This document shows, piece after piece, positions 36,192-46,571 of a stretch of DNA of 64,000 nt. Origin of the DNA: an uncultured virus (IMG/VR IMGVR_UViG_3300002835_000038) (taxonomy: Duplodnaviria > Heunggongvirae > Uroviricota > Caudoviricetes); IMG/VR virus record IMGVR_UViG_3300002835_000038, positions 1 through 64,000 of that record. One strand, given 5' to 3'. Each line of letters begins with the position of its first letter. Positions within the stretch are counted from its first letter, which is position 1. The notes under the pieces are model-generated. The model had not been told where the DNA came from and ran no database searches. It saw only the letters and a program-made list of their open reading frames with translations. A program made the translations under genes and the position numbers.

Positions 36192-36650
36192 TTATAGTGC
36201 AATAATTAAAGTGATAATGGGTAATACTACACAACCAACAAATCCTAAGTTTCTTAGTAATTTTTGTTTTTTTATCTCTTTTTCCTGTTGTTCTATCGTC
36301 TTATCTTTAAATAAAATAATTTGATCTTTATTGTTAACCACAGTTTCTAAATTAATAACTATTTTTTTGTAGTTTTCGTTCTGTAAATTTAATTTTAAAA
36401 TTAATTCGTCTTTTAAGAATATCTTCTCACTATTTAGACTGTCTCTTTCCACATAAACGTTTAATAAACTATCGGTTACTTCATAATGAAGTAAGTCAGT
36501 GAGTATTTTTTTTGCATCATTTAAATGCATTACTACTAATGTATCACCTTTTTGGTTTACAATAGTTTTAATTTCTCCTTTTGAGATAGTCTGAGATGCC
36601 ACTGGCAACACCATCAGCATCCATAACATTAACGTTAGTAAGTATTTCAC
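36192..36650 (-). CDS. Signal-peptide, coiled-coil, C-terminal TM protein (spanin-like candidate)
   Basis: N-terminal signal, heptads, C-terminal TM; overlaps upstream gene. Confidence 0.5.
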   Translation of the reverse strand: MKYLLTLMLWMLMVLPVASQTISKGEIKTIVNQKGDTLVVMHLNDAKKILTDLLHYEVTDSLLNVYVERDSLNSEKIFLKDELILKLNLQNENYKKIVINLETVVNNKDQIILFKDKTIEQQEKEIKKQKLLRNLGFVGCVVLPIITLIIAL

Positions 36651-36969
36651 CTTTTTTATTTTTTAATCTTCTAATTAAACCTTCGTTAGATATTAATTTT
36701 AAATTAATGTCATCTATTTTATTATTTAAATTAGTAACATCATTAGATAAAAGTAAATTAAGGTTTTCTAAACTATCATTATATAATAACAATTCTTTGT
36801 TTTTAGTATTAAGATTAGTTATTTCTTGTTGGTATTTTTCTATCTCCTTATCTGAGTTATTGAAAAATATTAAACCTGAAACTAATATTAATAATAAAAT
36901 TATTACAATAGTTTTAATATCTATGATTATATTTTTTTTATTGTTGTCCACCTTCTTGTTCAATGTCAA
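36568..36969 (-). CDS. N-terminal TM coiled-coil protein (spanin-like candidate)
   Basis: Single TM followed by coiled coil. Confidence 0.5.
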   Translation of the reverse strand: MTLNKKVDNNKKNIIIDIKTIVIILLLILVSGLIFFNNSDKEIEKYQQEITNLNTKNKELLLYNDSLENLNLLLSNDVTNLNNKIDDINLKLISNEGLIRRLKNKKGEILTNVNVMDADGVASGISDYLKRRN

Positions 36970-37453
36970 ATTCTGTTGATTCTACACTTTCAGGTCCTTC
37001 TTCAGCATTTTCCTCATCTTTTACTTCATTGGAATATTCCTCAGCAATTTTGGTTGCCCATTCATTAGACCATGTTTCATAATATGCAACTAACTTTTGG
37101 ATTTGTTTTAATGTTGTATCACTTAATTGTAATAAATCTGCCGTAATATAAACACCTCTAGAATCATCTAACGAGTAGAACCATTCTACATTATTATCAG
37201 TAAATTTACCACTAAACTCAACGTTTTGTGCTTTAGGGTATAGTTTAAATCTATTAAATGCTACTCTAGGAGAAACAGTATCTCTGAATTTTTTTTCTTC
37301 TTCTGAAAGTGCGGCAGGATCATCCTCACCTAAATCTTTATCTTCTACATTTCTTTCGTCTGCCTCTCTTATCAATCTAGTGTTTCTATTAGAAACAATT
37401 TTAGATTCTCTGATAAGTTCTAACATTCTTTTTGTTTCATCATGTTGACTCAT
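36938..37453 (-). CDS. Hypothetical protein
   Basis: 171-aa acidic ORF. Confidence 0.75.
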   Translation of the reverse strand: MSQHDETKRMLELIRESKIVSNRNTRLIREADERNVEDKDLGEDDPAALSEEEKKFRDTVSPRVAFNRFKLYPKAQNVEFSGKFTDNNVEWFYSLDDSRGVYITADLLQLSDTTLKQIQKLVAYYETWSNEWATKIAEEYSNEVKDEENAEEGPESVESTEFDIEQEGGQQ

Positions 37454-37473
37454 AGTATATTGTTTTTTGTTTT

Positions 37474-38082
37474 TTATTCTTCTATTAATTTTTTAAACTT
37501 ATTAAAATCCCAACTAGGGTTTAAATCAGTACTTTCTTTAAAATAATTACTCCTATAAACTATACCTTCAAAATATTCGATACCATCTATAAAAGTATTG
37601 TGCCCAACGCATTTTTGTGGGATGTTGTATGTTTCACATAAATGTTTTATTAGATTCACACAAGATTCCATTTGTTTATTAGTATAAGAGTCCCAAAATG
37701 TAAAACCCCTCCACCTTTTTTCAAACACACTTTTCTTCCTCTTATAAATATTACCAACCCAATTAAAATACGATTCATTTAACAAATCTTTTTCTAACCA
37801 CCCTTGATTCTCTAATAAAACAACTATTATTTTTTTATCTACTGATTTATTACCTAAAAAATCTGAGTACTTTGTTGGATCATAGTGTTGATATATGGTA
37901 CCGTCTCTAAAAACAGTAAAGGGTGAGGTTTTTTTATATTCCCCACCCATTCTTTTTTTCCAACCAATAATATGTTTGTCTTTTTCAGAAAAAGTATTTG
38001 CTAATACGATTTGTCTTTTCTCAAATTCAGTAGTGTAATAATTTTTTTCGTTTAAAAGATATTTCTCACTGTCAATTACCAT
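37474..38082 (-). CDS. Amidase_2-like protein, apparently degenerate
   Basis: FTVFRDGTIYQ, LENQG, YTNKQMES, CETYNIP fold cues; HHT replaced by ANT. Confidence 0.6.
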   Translation of the reverse strand: MVIDSEKYLLNEKNYYTTEFEKRQIVLANTFSEKDKHIIGWKKRMGGEYKKTSPFTVFRDGTIYQHYDPTKYSDFLGNKSVDKKIIVVLLENQGWLEKDLLNESYFNWVGNIYKRKKSVFEKRWRGFTFWDSYTNKQMESCVNLIKHLCETYNIPQKCVGHNTFIDGIEYFEGIVYRSNYFKESTDLNPSWDFNKFKKLIEE

Positions 38083-39003
38083 TTAGTCGATTCTCTTTAT
38101 ATTCGTTTTAGTTTGTCTATATGGTTGATTAATTACTGTATTTTCACCTCTAGATTGTTTATATTTTTCTATCGCATTTTTAATGATATCATTAGGTTCT
38201 TTAGGATTTTCTATTTCTTCCATAAATATTTCACTATCTTTTTCACTTAAAGTAATTACTTCATCTGTTTGGGGAATTGTCTCATCTATACTACCTTCGA
38301 TTTCATCCACTACATCATCTACACTACCTTCGATTTCATCCTCTACTTCATATGGTGTGAAAGCCAATGCGGTTGGTTCATTTTCTAAATCCTCTTCAGT
38401 AATTTCAGGTAACTTACCCTCTTCTCTCAACTCATTAACTTTTTCCCAAACTTTATCCGCAACTTTTTCTGTTTCAGTTTTTGGTGTGTCAGTTATTTCA
38501 ACATCAATTTTTGGGGAATTATCTTCCGTTTTTGGGGAATTTGCTGATTCATATTTAACAAAGAAGTGTAACGATGTTAATGATATAATCGGTAATAATC
38601 CACCTTCCAAAAACGCCAACCACCTTTTCATTGCTGGCACATCTGATGGATCAGATCCAATCATTTCCCATATAGGTCCAGTCAACTCAACCCAAGACTT
38701 AAATAGATCTCCGTTATTATCAATTTCTTTATAAGAAAAGAATATGTTACCTATCATTTGAATTAATGTAATCAATCCGAACATAAACCAAACACCACCT
38801 CTAATTTTATTAGTGGCAGCAACAAGTGCAGTCATAGCACCCACTTCTATCGCAATTGATAAGTATATCGCCCAACTCATAGGGTTTGCGATATCATACC
38901 AAGCCACAACGTGTGAAATAGAGATTCCTGCAACCAATAAGATTGGTATGAGGAACATAGTCCTATTAGGGTTATTCCTAATCCATTTCCAAATAGACAT
39001 CAT
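38083..39003 (-). CDS. Multi-TM membrane protein with acidic tail
   Basis: Four N-terminal hydrophobic segments. Confidence 0.7.
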   Translation of the reverse strand: MMSIWKWIRNNPNRTMFLIPILLVAGISISHVVAWYDIANPMSWAIYLSIAIEVGAMTALVAATNKIRGGVWFMFGLITLIQMIGNIFFSYKEIDNNGDLFKSWVELTGPIWEMIGSDPSDVPAMKRWLAFLEGGLLPIISLTSLHFFVKYESANSPKTEDNSPKIDVEITDTPKTETEKVADKVWEKVNELREEGKLPEITEEDLENEPTALAFTPYEVEDEIEGSVDDVVDEIEGSIDETIPQTDEVITLSEKDSEIFMEEIENPKEPNDIIKNAIEKYKQSRGENTVINQPYRQTKTNIKRID

Positions 39004-39004
39004 A

Positions 39005-39334
39005 TTAATTTTCTAATTTTTTAATATTATTCTTTACCACCATATGTAATTCCATCAACTGTTCACCTCTGTTTTTACCAGAAATATAGTTATCATACTC
39101 AGTATGTACTTTTAATTTCTCATCTTTAATTAGTTGGGGTATACCGTCAATTGTTTTTTTCTGTACACTAATTACATTATTCAAACTATCAACAACAGTA
39201 CTACTTTCGGTGTTGTTTTTACTAATCTTTCTAATTTCACCTGATTTTTGACAAGATCTAAAGAAGAATATTAAACATAATGTTGCCAATATATACACTT
39301 TATATTTTTTTACAAATTCAATCACATTTTTCAT
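39005..39334 (-). CDS. Membrane-anchored or lipoprotein hypothetical protein
   Basis: Hydrophobic N-terminus, FRSC. Confidence 0.6.
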   Translation of the reverse strand: MKNVIEFVKKYKVYILATLCLIFFFRSCQKSGEIRKISKNNTESSTVVDSLNNVISVQKKTIDGIPQLIKDEKLKVHTEYDNYISGKNRGEQLMELHMVVKNNIKKLEN

Positions 39335-39391
39335 AATTATTTTTTTAATAAATATAATAATTTTTTATTTTATAGTAAATAGAAAAGATAA

Positions 39392-39412
39392 TGGGGGACA
39401 AATTGTCCCCCA
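39392..39412. terminator. Hairpin downstream of sigma gene
   Basis: TGGGGGACAA-A-TTGTCCCCCA. Confidence 0.55.
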
Positions 39413-39434
39413 GTAGTCATTAACTTTTTATGGT

Positions 39435-40232
39435 TTATATATCAAAAATACCACCTAAATTATTTCTAACCTTTCTTATCGAAGTTTCTTTTATTTGTCT
39501 AACTCTTTCTTTAGTTAAACCTACCTCCTCACCAATCATTTCTAATGTCATTGGTTCACCGTTGATCCCGAAGTAACAATTAATTATTTCAATCTCTCTC
39601 TCACTTAAACCATTTAATGCCCTCTTCATTTCATTTTTTCTTAACATTTCTTCCTCATCCTCCATTTGATCAGGACGAGTAAATGTTTTATCTTCAACCA
39701 AAGTCAGTAACTCATCACCGTCCTCATTGATGGTAGTATTTAGTGAGGTACAAGATGGTATGTGTATTTGTTCTACCTCATCATCATACGGAGATCTTTG
39801 ATTTTCTTTTTCAAAAATATCAGTTTCCTTTCTGATTTTAGATAATTTATTAATTACACTTCCAGGTAACCTTACCGTTCTAGAATTATCATTCAATGAC
39901 TGCATTATAGATTGTTTAATCCACCATACTGCATATGTGTTAAATCTAAATCCTTTAGTGTGATCGAATTTTTTTGCCGCAGTAATCAAACCATAATTAC
40001 CTTCAGATATTAAATCTGCAACCGCCAACCCTTGATTCTGATACTCCTTAGCAATTTTAATGACAAATCTTAAATTGGCATTTACTAATTCGTCTAAGGC
40101 TTTCTTATCCCCATGCTGAATTTTTTTAGCCAACTCCACTTCTTTTTCTGCAGTAATCACTTCAGATTTCCTTACATCTCTCATGTAGAGGCTAATACAA
40201 TCCTCATTTGGATTTAGATACTTGTTTGACAT
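39435..40232 (-). CDS. RNA polymerase sigma-70 family factor (RpoD/RpoS-like)
   Basis: ANLRFVIKIAK, DLISEGNYGL, FNTYAVWWIKQ, TLEMIGEEVGLTKERVRQI. Confidence 0.95.
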   Translation of the reverse strand: MSNKYLNPNEDCISLYMRDVRKSEVITAEKEVELAKKIQHGDKKALDELVNANLRFVIKIAKEYQNQGLAVADLISEGNYGLITAAKKFDHTKGFRFNTYAVWWIKQSIMQSLNDNSRTVRLPGSVINKLSKIRKETDIFEKENQRSPYDDEVEQIHIPSCTSLNTTINEDGDELLTLVEDKTFTRPDQMEDEEEMLRKNEMKRALNGLSEREIEIINCYFGINGEPMTLEMIGEEVGLTKERVRQIKETSIRKVRNNLGGIFDI

Positions 40233-40236
40233 ATAT

Positions 40237-40713
40237 TTATTTTTGTTTTTTATTTATTAAGTCTCTTAATTTAGCCGCAGTTTCATAATCTTCATTCTCC
40301 AAAGCCTCATCAAGTAATTCCTCATCACTTTTAATTGGTATGTTTTCTATTTCATCAAATTTACCACTAAAAATTTTATCTTTAACTTGTTTCAATGATT
40401 CCTCAATTATATTGTAGGGTACCTTACTATTATCTATATCCCCACCAAATAATGCCACCTGAAATTCTTTATTTGCAATACTAGCAGAATAGAATCCTAA
40501 TGTCATTTCAAATATGATAAAAGAACGTTCATTCATCTTTAACAAATCTTCTAATTCTCCTATTGAAAATGCGGTTTGGAAAGTTGCTATAATTAAACCT
40601 TCACCACTAACAAAATTTACACTACTTTCAGATAATACAGTTAAATCTTCTTTAAGTCCTGAAACGTCTCCCAACCCTATTAAACATACCTTTTTTAAAA
40701 ATGTGCTCTCCAT
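40237..40713 (-). CDS. Hypothetical protein with C-terminal UVR motif
   Basis: ALENEDYETAAKLRD. Confidence 0.7.
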   Translation of the reverse strand: MESTFLKKVCLIGLGDVSGLKEDLTVLSESSVNFVSGEGLIIATFQTAFSIGELEDLLKMNERSFIIFEMTLGFYSASIANKEFQVALFGGDIDNSKVPYNIIEESLKQVKDKIFSGKFDEIENIPIKSDEELLDEALENEDYETAAKLRDLINKKQK

Positions 40714-40779
40714 ATTCTTTTATTATAAATACCCACAAAAATTGTTCTTTTTTTATTATAGTGACAAAGATAGTAAAAA

Positions 40780-43155
40780 TTAATTGATTTGCAAAGAAGA
40801 AATGTCATTATTTTTCTCAACAGTAATAATTTTGTCTGCCCAATCTTGTACAATAGGGTTATGACTAATTAAAAATATGATTTCGTACATCTTCTTAATC
40901 TTATCAAAAAATATCTTAACTTGATCCAAATTAATATTCGCAACTTTACCTAATACCTCATCAAATACTATTACGTTTGGTTTTGGTAAGGTGGATATTC
41001 TACCTAAGACACTTCTCAATGCCAATGAAGCCAACGTAGTTTCTAAACCAGACCCTGTTCTAAGTTTTTTAATGATGTCGTTCTTAATAAGTATAAAGTC
41101 TACTTCATTTTTATCGTTAATCTCTAATTGGATTTCAAAATCACAAACTTCATCCAATAATCTGTTAAGTTCATGATTGATAATTGGTATAACTGAAGAT
41201 AAAACTAATTTAGAAATTCCATTTTTACCAATCATTCTATTATACACTTCAAAAATTTTCAGTACCTCATCTTCTTTCTTAATCTGTTCAATCAAAGAAT
41301 TGTTTTCATTTATTTTTTCTTCTTTATTCTTACTATCATTTTCTATAGTCTGTATGTTAGATTTAATAGTGTCTTTTTCTACATCTAATGTCTCAATTAA
41401 CTGATTGTAACCTAAAATTTTACTTTCTAACTTTCTATTTTCCTCAATAAAATCTGAATTTCTTTCATAGTCTTTAAGTAAAGATGTTTTTTCTCTATAA
41501 TCAACTCTCATTCTGTCGATGTCTATTTCAGTTTTATCTTTAGAAAGACTTAATTTATCGTATGAATCAGAGTTCTTTTTTTCCTCACTAATTTTAGTTA
41601 GTTTGTCACAAATCTTATCTATTTTTGTGACAATACCCTTCAGTTCCTTTTCCTTAACTTTTAAAAGTTTTTCATTATCCTTTATTTCTGAACTATGATC
41701 AACCTCGTCTAACGCTCTTTTACATGTGGGACAGATTTCCCCCTCCTTCAAATCCTTAATTAATTTTTCTATTGATTTAATTGAGGATTCAATACCATTT
41801 TTTTCTACCAGTAAGTTTTTCTCTTCTGTACGATACTCTTCATGTGTATCTTCATCGTATGAAAATTTAGGTATAACTTTTATTTGTTCATTAATACCAT
41901 CTAATGTTTCTTTAAGTGTTACTCCCCTTTTAGTTAAAGAGTCAATCTCTTTTTTTAACGTATCAGGATTTACTTTTTTAATCTCATCATCAATACTATA
42001 TCTCTTTCCTAATAAGTCTTCTTTCTTATCCTTAGCCGTCTTTATTTTTCCTAAAACCTCATTTAATTTTGTATCGTTTTCTTTATTTGCAATTCTATTA
42101 TCACTAATATTTCTTTTATATTCTTCAATATCTAATTCTAACTGTTTGGTGTTAAATAGGTTCGATTTCATTTTACTTTTAAATTCTGACATCAACCCTT
42201 TGTTTATATCCTCCTTCTTTTCTATAATTTCTAAACCAATAAATTTAGTTAACAACCTACCCCTTTGTGTAGGTTTAGTTTCCATTAAATCTTCTAAATT
42301 TTTTGAGGTAGCAACTATGGTTAACATGAAATCATCGTAAGAACCTATAGTATCTTCAATTAACTTATCAGTCTCTCTTCTTTGTTCACCTTCTAAATTT
42401 TCTTTAGTACCATCAGATAAAATCCGATAAAACTCTAATGATGTGGAAATTTTATATTCACCATTTTTAGATAACTTTCTATTAAGTGTTCTCTCAATAA
42501 TATACTCATCACCATCGATTTCTATATGTCCCCCAACTAAAACATCGTCCTTGTTAGAAAACGTATTAAACACTTCTGAGTTAACTTCGGTTTTAGTTGT
42601 CTTACCAAAAAATAAGAATAGTAATGAATCGATAGTAAAAATAGTTTTACCTCCTTGATTTGCAGGAATAGAATTTACAACTGTTAACCCATCTAAATTT
42701 TTATACTCAATCTCATTATTATCTCCAAAAGAAAGAAAATTATTTAACCACAATTTCTTAATACTCCATCTTCGATATCTAATGTCTTCTTCTTCATTAT
42801 TAATAAGAATTTCGTTAATCTTATCATCTAACCTACAAAGTCTTTCGTAATCAACCGTAACCTCATTTAACTTTAACCATTCAACAAACAACCCCCTCTG
42901 ATAGGCAGTGTCCATAATGTTATCTATCAAACCCTCAGTAATGTCTATAACTTTTCCCGCACTATTTTTAAGTATTGGGATGAAGTTTATCTTAATAGAA
43001 GATTTGTGTACACTATATTTTTCTGAAAAATACGTTTTAACCTTATTTACTGTTTCTATAGTTCTATTTTCAGGGTAATCTTGCCAATCAACTCTTATCT
43101 GCGCCTTTTCTGGTACATCAACCAATTTTGTTCTTTTTACTACTGTCTTTTCCAT
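40780..43155 (-). CDS. SbcC/Rad50/gp46-like ATPase
   Basis: Walker A NQGGKT; CPTC zinc hook; coiled coils; GSGLE signature; FDEV; ISH. Confidence 0.92.
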   Translation of the reverse strand: MEKTVVKRTKLVDVPEKAQIRVDWQDYPENRTIETVNKVKTYFSEKYSVHKSSIKINFIPILKNSAGKVIDITEGLIDNIMDTAYQRGLFVEWLKLNEVTVDYERLCRLDDKINEILINNEEEDIRYRRWSIKKLWLNNFLSFGDNNEIEYKNLDGLTVVNSIPANQGGKTIFTIDSLLFLFFGKTTKTEVNSEVFNTFSNKDDVLVGGHIEIDGDEYIIERTLNRKLSKNGEYKISTSLEFYRILSDGTKENLEGEQRRETDKLIEDTIGSYDDFMLTIVATSKNLEDLMETKPTQRGRLLTKFIGLEIIEKKEDINKGLMSEFKSKMKSNLFNTKQLELDIEEYKRNISDNRIANKENDTKLNEVLGKIKTAKDKKEDLLGKRYSIDDEIKKVNPDTLKKEIDSLTKRGVTLKETLDGINEQIKVIPKFSYDEDTHEEYRTEEKNLLVEKNGIESSIKSIEKLIKDLKEGEICPTCKRALDEVDHSSEIKDNEKLLKVKEKELKGIVTKIDKICDKLTKISEEKKNSDSYDKLSLSKDKTEIDIDRMRVDYREKTSLLKDYERNSDFIEENRKLESKILGYNQLIETLDVEKDTIKSNIQTIENDSKNKEEKINENNSLIEQIKKEDEVLKIFEVYNRMIGKNGISKLVLSSVIPIINHELNRLLDEVCDFEIQLEINDKNEVDFILIKNDIIKKLRTGSGLETTLASLALRSVLGRISTLPKPNVIVFDEVLGKVANINLDQVKIFFDKIKKMYEIIFLISHNPIVQDWADKIITVEKNNDISSLQIN

Positions 43156-43158
43156 ATA

Positions 43159-43710
43159 TTATTTTTTTAAAATATTTGATCCAAACCAACCACCTCTTTT
43201 TTCATCACCATATATATCAGTTTCTTTTTTAGTTTTTTTCTTTTCAGATTCTAATTCTGATTTAAGTTTTTCCAATTCAATATCCTTTAAAGATAACTTA
43301 TCTTGGAAAATATTTTCCATTTCTATTACTTTAGTGGAAAATTTTTGTAACTCAGACTCATTTTCTATTAGTTTAGTGGAAAATATTTTCTTTTCCTCTT
43401 CCAACTGAGTTAGTTTATTACTCAATTCGGTAATCTGTATATCATCAGTTATTATAACTTCTTTTTCAATAATCTTTTCAACGGGTACTTCCCTAATTAC
43501 TTCAATAATCTTTTCAACAGGTATTTCTTTAATTACCTCAACGATTTTTTCTACTTCCTTAACTTCGGTAGACCCTAAAGGTGTTGAACCAAATTTTTCA
43601 ACTGTATACCCTTGACGAACCATTTTAATTATGAATTCATCTATATTGGATATATCATTTAATCGACAATATTCCCATATTTCATCTTTTAAATTTTTAG
43701 GTATTTCCAT
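43159..43710 (-). CDS. Hypothetical protein with (V/I)EKI(V/I)E repeats and coiled coil
   Basis: EVEKIVEVIKEIPVEKIIEVIREVPVEKIIEKEV. Confidence 0.75.
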   Translation of the reverse strand: MEIPKNLKDEIWEYCRLNDISNIDEFIIKMVRQGYTVEKFGSTPLGSTEVKEVEKIVEVIKEIPVEKIIEVIREVPVEKIIEKEVIITDDIQITELSNKLTQLEEEKKIFSTKLIENESELQKFSTKVIEMENIFQDKLSLKDIELEKLKSELESEKKKTKKETDIYGDEKRGGWFGSNILKK

Positions 43711-44531
43711 TATGAATTTGTTAGGTATTCTCTTTCATTGTCAATATCATCCAATGAATTTATTTTAAATACATAGTACCCATAATCAGTTTTTATGTCG
43801 TGTTCAGTATAGTCTAAATGTTCCACATCCCACACAAGGTATCCGTGACCGCTCACTCTTTCACCAAAATCTTGTTGTATTAAACTACCACAATATGTGA
43901 TATTAGTACCCTTCCTCACAAAATTTTGTCTGTGATGAATGTCTCCCATTAATACGGCATCACAACCATCGAACTGTTCTAATTCAGAATGATCTTCAAA
44001 TTCAAACCCTATAGAGGTGATTGCCCCATTAACAGGTGCGTGAAATAATCCAATATATTTTTTATCCTTACCATATAGTTTTTTAGCCTCTTTAATATTC
44101 GGTCTCACATTTTCTTCAAAAATAGAATAAACACACCATACAATATTATCATCTAAATAACACTTACTTTCTTTAAAGTATGAAACATTTTCACTGAATG
44201 TTCTTTTTTCAATAACAGGTGTTAGTGAATCCACTCTTTCTTTATTATTCTCTAATAAATCGTGATTACCTGCAATTACTATAACAGGACAAAGTTTTGT
44301 GCATTCATCTAAAAACCAAGTTACTAAAACAGATAACTCATTAGAAATCGTAATTTTTTGATGTACAATGTCCCCCGCAATTACAATTCTAACCTCATTG
44401 TGAATTAAATTATTATCTTCAATGTATTTAGATACCTCCTCTAAAAATTTTTGACAGACTAACTCTGACTCATCTAATCTTTTAAACGTCCTAAAGTGTA
44501 AGTCCGCAATATGGAATAACTTTTTTACCAT
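43710..44531 (-). CDS. SbcD/Mre11/gp47-like nuclease
   Basis: ADLH, AGD, GNHD, GDIH, YCGSLIQQDFGE. Confidence 0.92.
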   Translation of the reverse strand: MVKKLFHIADLHFRTFKRLDESELVCQKFLEEVSKYIEDNNLIHNEVRIVIAGDIVHQKITISNELSVLVTWFLDECTKLCPVIVIAGNHDLLENNKERVDSLTPVIEKRTFSENVSYFKESKCYLDDNIVWCVYSIFEENVRPNIKEAKKLYGKDKKYIGLFHAPVNGAITSIGFEFEDHSELEQFDGCDAVLMGDIHHRQNFVRKGTNITYCGSLIQQDFGERVSGHGYLVWDVEHLDYTEHDIKTDYGYYVFKINSLDDIDNEREYLTNS

Positions 44532-44570
44532 TTTACAAATATAATATATTTTTTTTATTATTACAAATAA

Positions 44571-45482
44571 TTAATCGAGTGATGTTTTGTTAGTTTTTAA
44601 CACTTCGAACATATTATCTACATGATGTGAAAAATCATCACAGTTAATTATTTTATAGTTATCATTTTCTTCATTGAACCACACTAAGTGACAACTACCC
44701 AATTTTAGGTTAGTGTTCCTTTCAATAATTTTTTTATAGATTGATAATTGGAGTGAGTATGTGTTAAATTCACACTCATCTAACATCCAAAGACAGTCTT
44801 TCATTTTATTTCCGAAGTCGTTCTTCATCCTAAGAGTAGTATTTGTTTTCCAATCCCATATCTGTAAACACTGATGCCTTTCATTCCAAAATAACTGATC
44901 AACCATTCCGCATAATAACAATTCACTATCCCCAATCACTAACTCAGACTTAACAGGTATTAATTTACCCTTTACTACGGTATCCTCATAGAAATTATGG
45001 AAGTGTCCCTTCATAACTTCGAAGGTGTCTTTAATTTCATCAAATTTTAAACCTTCGGGACTAAACTGAGGGTAAGGTTTTATTTTATTACTCAAATAGT
45101 TTTCAATGTAGTCATGTAGTGTAGAACCCTCATAAGTTGCATGATGATTTTTGTATTTCCATAGTTTATCTATATCTGATTCGGTAACCCATTCAGATTC
45201 AGGTTTTGGTTTTGAGTAATCTGGTCTACCATAAGGATCATCTTCCATTGGAAAGAAGTTTTGTTTATGGGCGTATTTATCTGCCATACTTTTGGCTTCA
45301 TATATATGACCCTGTCTCTCCGCCCATTTATCTACCTTACCTACATTATCTTCAAAATGATGTTCAAATTTACCGATAAACCCAGTACAGGATAGTGTTT
45401 GAACCCCATCTATGTAATATTTATGGGGTTCATCGTAGTATTTTATATGGTTAAATTTTGATAGTTCCTTAATTATATCCAT
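44571..45482 (-). CDS. PD-(D/E)XK exonuclease
   Basis: GSTLHDYIE, SE, CGMVD, IWDWKT, YSLQLSIY. Confidence 0.85.
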   Translation of the reverse strand: MDIIKELSKFNHIKYYDEPHKYYIDGVQTLSCTGFIGKFEHHFEDNVGKVDKWAERQGHIYEAKSMADKYAHKQNFFPMEDDPYGRPDYSKPKPESEWVTESDIDKLWKYKNHHATYEGSTLHDYIENYLSNKIKPYPQFSPEGLKFDEIKDTFEVMKGHFHNFYEDTVVKGKLIPVKSELVIGDSELLLCGMVDQLFWNERHQCLQIWDWKTNTTLRMKNDFGNKMKDCLWMLDECEFNTYSLQLSIYKKIIERNTNLKLGSCHLVWFNEENDNYKIINCDDFSHHVDNMFEVLKTNKTSLD

Positions 45483-45537
45483 TAGCACAATATTTATTAT
45501 TAACAATTATACTGAAATTTAATTAGAAAGACAAATT

Positions 45538-45987
45538 ATGACTCATTTAACAGACAATTATTTAAAAAAAATATTTAAGATAATCTATAACTATATAGTA
45601 GGATCAGACCCAAATTTCGATATCTCCGATTTATTTGATGATTCAAATGTATATGAAGACATTTATATGTTCATACAAGATAAATTGTCTCATACTGACT
45701 CAGATGAGGTTGACTTCATTTACGCTAGTTTTAGTCGTAATTGGGAAATGTATGGTAGTTCATTTCCTGAAATATACGGTGAGGTTATTAAACCTGAATT
45801 AAAAATGTATGAGGGTGTTAGAAATTACGGGGCTACTGTAGTATACAATGAATATTATCACCATAACACATACTTACCAGTAATGTTAGAATATATGATA
45901 AATGAATATCAAATAGATGAGGATAACGTAGAGACAGATATTCGAGACACTTGGGATCACCAAATAAATATAAACGAAAAGAAGTAA
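45538..45987 (+). CDS. Hypothetical protein
   Basis: 149-aa ORF. Confidence 0.7.
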   Translation: MTHLTDNYLKKIFKIIYNYIVGSDPNFDISDLFDDSNVYEDIYMFIQDKLSHTDSDEVDFIYASFSRNWEMYGSSFPEIYGEVIKPELKMYEGVRNYGATVVYNEYYHHNTYLPVMLEYMINEYQIDEDNVETDIRDTWDHQININEKK

Positions 45988-45992
45988 TAGTT

Positions 45993-46571
45993 ATGAAATT
46001 CTCAGATATATTAAAAGAAGGTATTCCCATTTATAAAGAATACGAACCATCAACCAACAAAAAAATGTATGATAGGTTGAAAAAGTACTATGGTAGTACA
46101 CCAGAATATGTTTTAAAAGATATATTTTTTAATAATATTGCAGTTAACTCTATGGAAGACATCAACAAAAATTATTATGGTGACCCTATTTTATTTTTAG
46201 CAAGATTTGATGGTGGTTATTGGGATAGATTTCTAAAAGGTCCTTGGAAATTAGAAGTACTTAATGTTAATCCCGAAGACTTTGACAATAGTACTGTTAA
46301 TGCCTTTATAGAAAGGGACTTTGGTAATGTTGACGCTTATTTAGTACCTAACGATGAAGAAAGGATGCAAACTCAAAAAAGAATGGCTTCGTCTACTGGT
46401 ATGAATGAACCAATAATTGTAGAAAGAAATCGCACAGGTAAATACGAATTAATTGAGGGTTGGCACAGAGCAATGTCAATACTATTATTAGGTAATAACG
46501 GTGAGGATTTAAAAAATTGGAATAGAGTAAAGATAAGAGCCTTTGTAAGAGACCCTTATCAACAAATGTAA
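45993..46571 (+). CDS. ParB/Srx-like domain protein
   Basis: EPIIV..YELIEGWHRAM; start taken at MKFSDILKE. Confidence 0.65.
   Translation: MKFSDILKEGIPIYKEYEPSTNKKMYDRLKKYYGSTPEYVLKDIFFNNIAVNSMEDINKNYYGDPILFLARFDGGYWDRFLKGPWKLEVLNVNPEDFDNSTVNAFIERDFGNVDAYLVPNDEERMQTQKRMASSTGMNEPIIVERNRTGKYELIEGWHRAMSILLLGNNGEDLKNWNRVKIRAFVRDPYQQM

Noticed and set aside
27058..38345. Short direct repeats near 27060-27100, 28390-28450 and 38290-38345
   Set aside because: In-frame linker duplications within proteins, not regulatory arrays.
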